Below are positions 62,380 to 64,000 of a stretch of 64,000 nucleotides of DNA, one piece after another. The position numbers were made by a program, and so were the translations under genes. The notes beneath the pieces are model-generated. The model did not search any database. It was not told the origin of the DNA and saw only the letters and a program-made list of their open reading frames with translations. Location: NCBI RefSeq assembly GCF_964204865.1, contig NC_135259.1:10478001-10542000 (forward strand). Reading direction: 5' to 3'. Numbering within the stretch: position 1 is the stretch's first letter; each line of letters opens with the position of its first letter. Origin of the DNA: Styela clava (Eukaryota).

Positions 62380-63984
62380 TTATGCCTCATTTGAATCAAT
62401 ACACACTTGAATTAAAGGAGCTGGAATATTTCCTGTCTCAGTTCTATATTTTGGTGTTGAATGGAGAGTAAATATGTGATTTGTTAGAAGTCTTTTATGT
62501 TTGAATACTGCATCACAAAGATGACAATGATGATTCTTCAATGAAACTGAACAATTTTCAATGTGCAACTCATATGGTTCTTTTCTGCGATATTTTTTGC
62601 CACATTTTTCACAGCAGAAGTAACATTTATTTTCCGTTCGACTTTCGTTAGGTTTCTTGCGATCGCGACGAATATGTAAAGGTTTTTTGCCGTCATGTTC
62701 TTTTTTCATATGGACACTTAAATTGCGAAATAATTTATACGCTTTATCACATAAATTACAAGCAAATTTTGGCGCATCATTTATGTGTGTTTCTAAATGA
62801 CTTTTCAAAGTGCCTTTGTTGGTAAATTTCATACCACATTCAGCACATTCATATGGTTTTTCTCCTGTATGAATTCTGTGGTGGTTAATAAGATCTTTCT
62901 TGTTCAAGAATTTTTTTTCACATACAGTGCAGATATGTTTTTTCTTTCCATGAATATATCGATGTTTTTTCATTTTGGTTATGGTTTCAAACATTTTTCC
63001 ACAGCCTGCAAATGGACAACGACAATGGACAACGGGTTCACTTGGAGATAATGAATCATTTTCGACTACAGATCTCTTACGATTATGTATCCTAGTATAT
63101 TTTGAAAGCAATGGTGAGGATTCAGACGTAACACCAGTTTTTCCAATCCTTCGCTTCACAGAAAAAAGTGCTGGCCCAACTGGAGATATTGAATCATTTT
63201 TGACTAAAGATCTTCCATGATTCTGTGTCCTCGGATATTTTGATATCAATGTTGAGGCTTCAGATGTAACATCAGTTTTTCCAATTCTACGATTCACAGA
63301 ATATAGTGACTGCAAATTGAAATCTTCTCTCCCTGGTTCTTTTTGATGCATCACATTTTGTTGAGGTTGGACTTCAGTCTTTTCCTTTTCAGGCATCGCT
63401 ATTTCATCATGTAAATCTTTGTCAAACTCATCAGCTGTGTTTAAATCATCCACTATACCATCAACAATGATGTCATGTGGGCTTACATCATGGTCATTGT
63501 CAATACCTTCTGATTCTGCTGTGATGTCAGATTCATTGTGTTTGCTATATGAAACATCTGTAACTTCCACAACTATTTCAGTGTCTTTCTGTATTTGCTT
63601 CAATTTATCATGAAAGTCCTTATTTTTCTTTGTTACAGGAAGAGATACGCCAAGTGCACAGCAAGATTTAACAAAATCAGTCATTAAAGATTCATCATTT
63701 ACATCAGGTGGTTGACCAGTATAAACATATAATAGCAAAGCATTAAATCCAGACACTGAAAGGCCTTGTAGAGTTAACTGAACAGTCTTTTTCTGAGAGT
63801 TTTCAGATTCTTTAACAATTATATCAAATAAAGTTGGACATGCAGCTATCAGAATACATCTATGAGCCCAAAAAACCGTTCCTTCTATTGAGATGCTTAC
63901 ATCACAAAGACTGGAATCGTTCAACATTTTGTAAATTTTTGAAAGAAGATCAAAACAATGATTTTTCTGAGATCGAAATATCAT
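62380..63984 (-). CDS. BTB/POZ and C2H2 zinc-finger protein (ZBTB-like), paralog 3, 534 aa
   Basis: Same architecture, with an internal 46-aa duplication and one degenerate finger. Confidence 0.92.
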   Translation of the reverse strand: MIFRSQKNHCFDLLSKIYKMLNDSSLCDVSISIEGTVFWAHRCILIAACPTLFDIIVKESENSQKKTVQLTLQGLSVSGFNALLLYVYTGQPPDVNDESLMTDFVKSCCALGVSLPVTKKNKDFHDKLKQIQKDTEIVVEVTDVSYSKHNESDITAESEGIDNDHDVSPHDIIVDGIVDDLNTADEFDKDLHDEIAMPEKEKTEVQPQQNVMHQKEPGREDFNLQSLYSVNRRIGKTDVTSEASTLISKYPRTQNHGRSLVKNDSISPVGPALFSVKRRIGKTGVTSESSPLLSKYTRIHNRKRSVVENDSLSPSEPVVHCRCPFAGCGKMFETITKMKKHRYIHGKKKHICTVCEKKFLNKKDLINHHRIHTGEKPYECAECGMKFTNKGTLKSHLETHINDAPKFACNLCDKAYKLFRNLSVHMKKEHDGKKPLHIRRDRKKPNESRTENKCYFCCEKCGKKYRRKEPYELHIENCSVSLKNHHCHLCDAVFKHKRLLTNHIFTLHSTPKYRTETGNIPAPLIQVCIDSNEA

Positions 63985-64000
63985 GATTTACAGATGACAC

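Overview
AT-rich eukaryotic (invertebrate) genomic DNA with short GT-AG introns. The gene content and compact gene spacing suggest an ascidian tunicate, which is an inference. Left to right: (1) two intronless orphan 7TM genes of one family (3419-4432 and 19533-20537, minus) about 15 kb apart in repeat-littered DNA; (2) a DDE-deleted pogo/Tigger-like transposon (24272-28086) with a hAT element nested in it; (3) a head-to-tail tandem duplication (29158-37021 / 37022-45620) in which each unit carries an 8-exon gene that the ORF track misses, encoding a 314-aa protein with two C1 (DAG/phorbol-ester-type zinc finger) domains, a Pro/Ser linker, an R-SNARE (synaptobrevin/VAMP) motif and a C-terminal TM anchor; (4) an intronless USP16/45-type deubiquitinase that lacks the ZnF-UBP domain and is split by a 7-bp frameshifting insertion; (5) an 11-exon AFG1L/LACE1 gene (minus); (6) three tandem BTB-C2H2 zinc-finger paralogs co-oriented with AFG1L, possibly forming a trans-spliced operon. 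Many MITEs with TSDs and a tRNA-derived SINE are also present. The headline candidate is the C1-C1-VAMP fusion, a putative lipid-messenger-sensing v-SNARE whose two copies differ only at synonymous sites. All exon models were built by eye and need RNA-seq confirmation.
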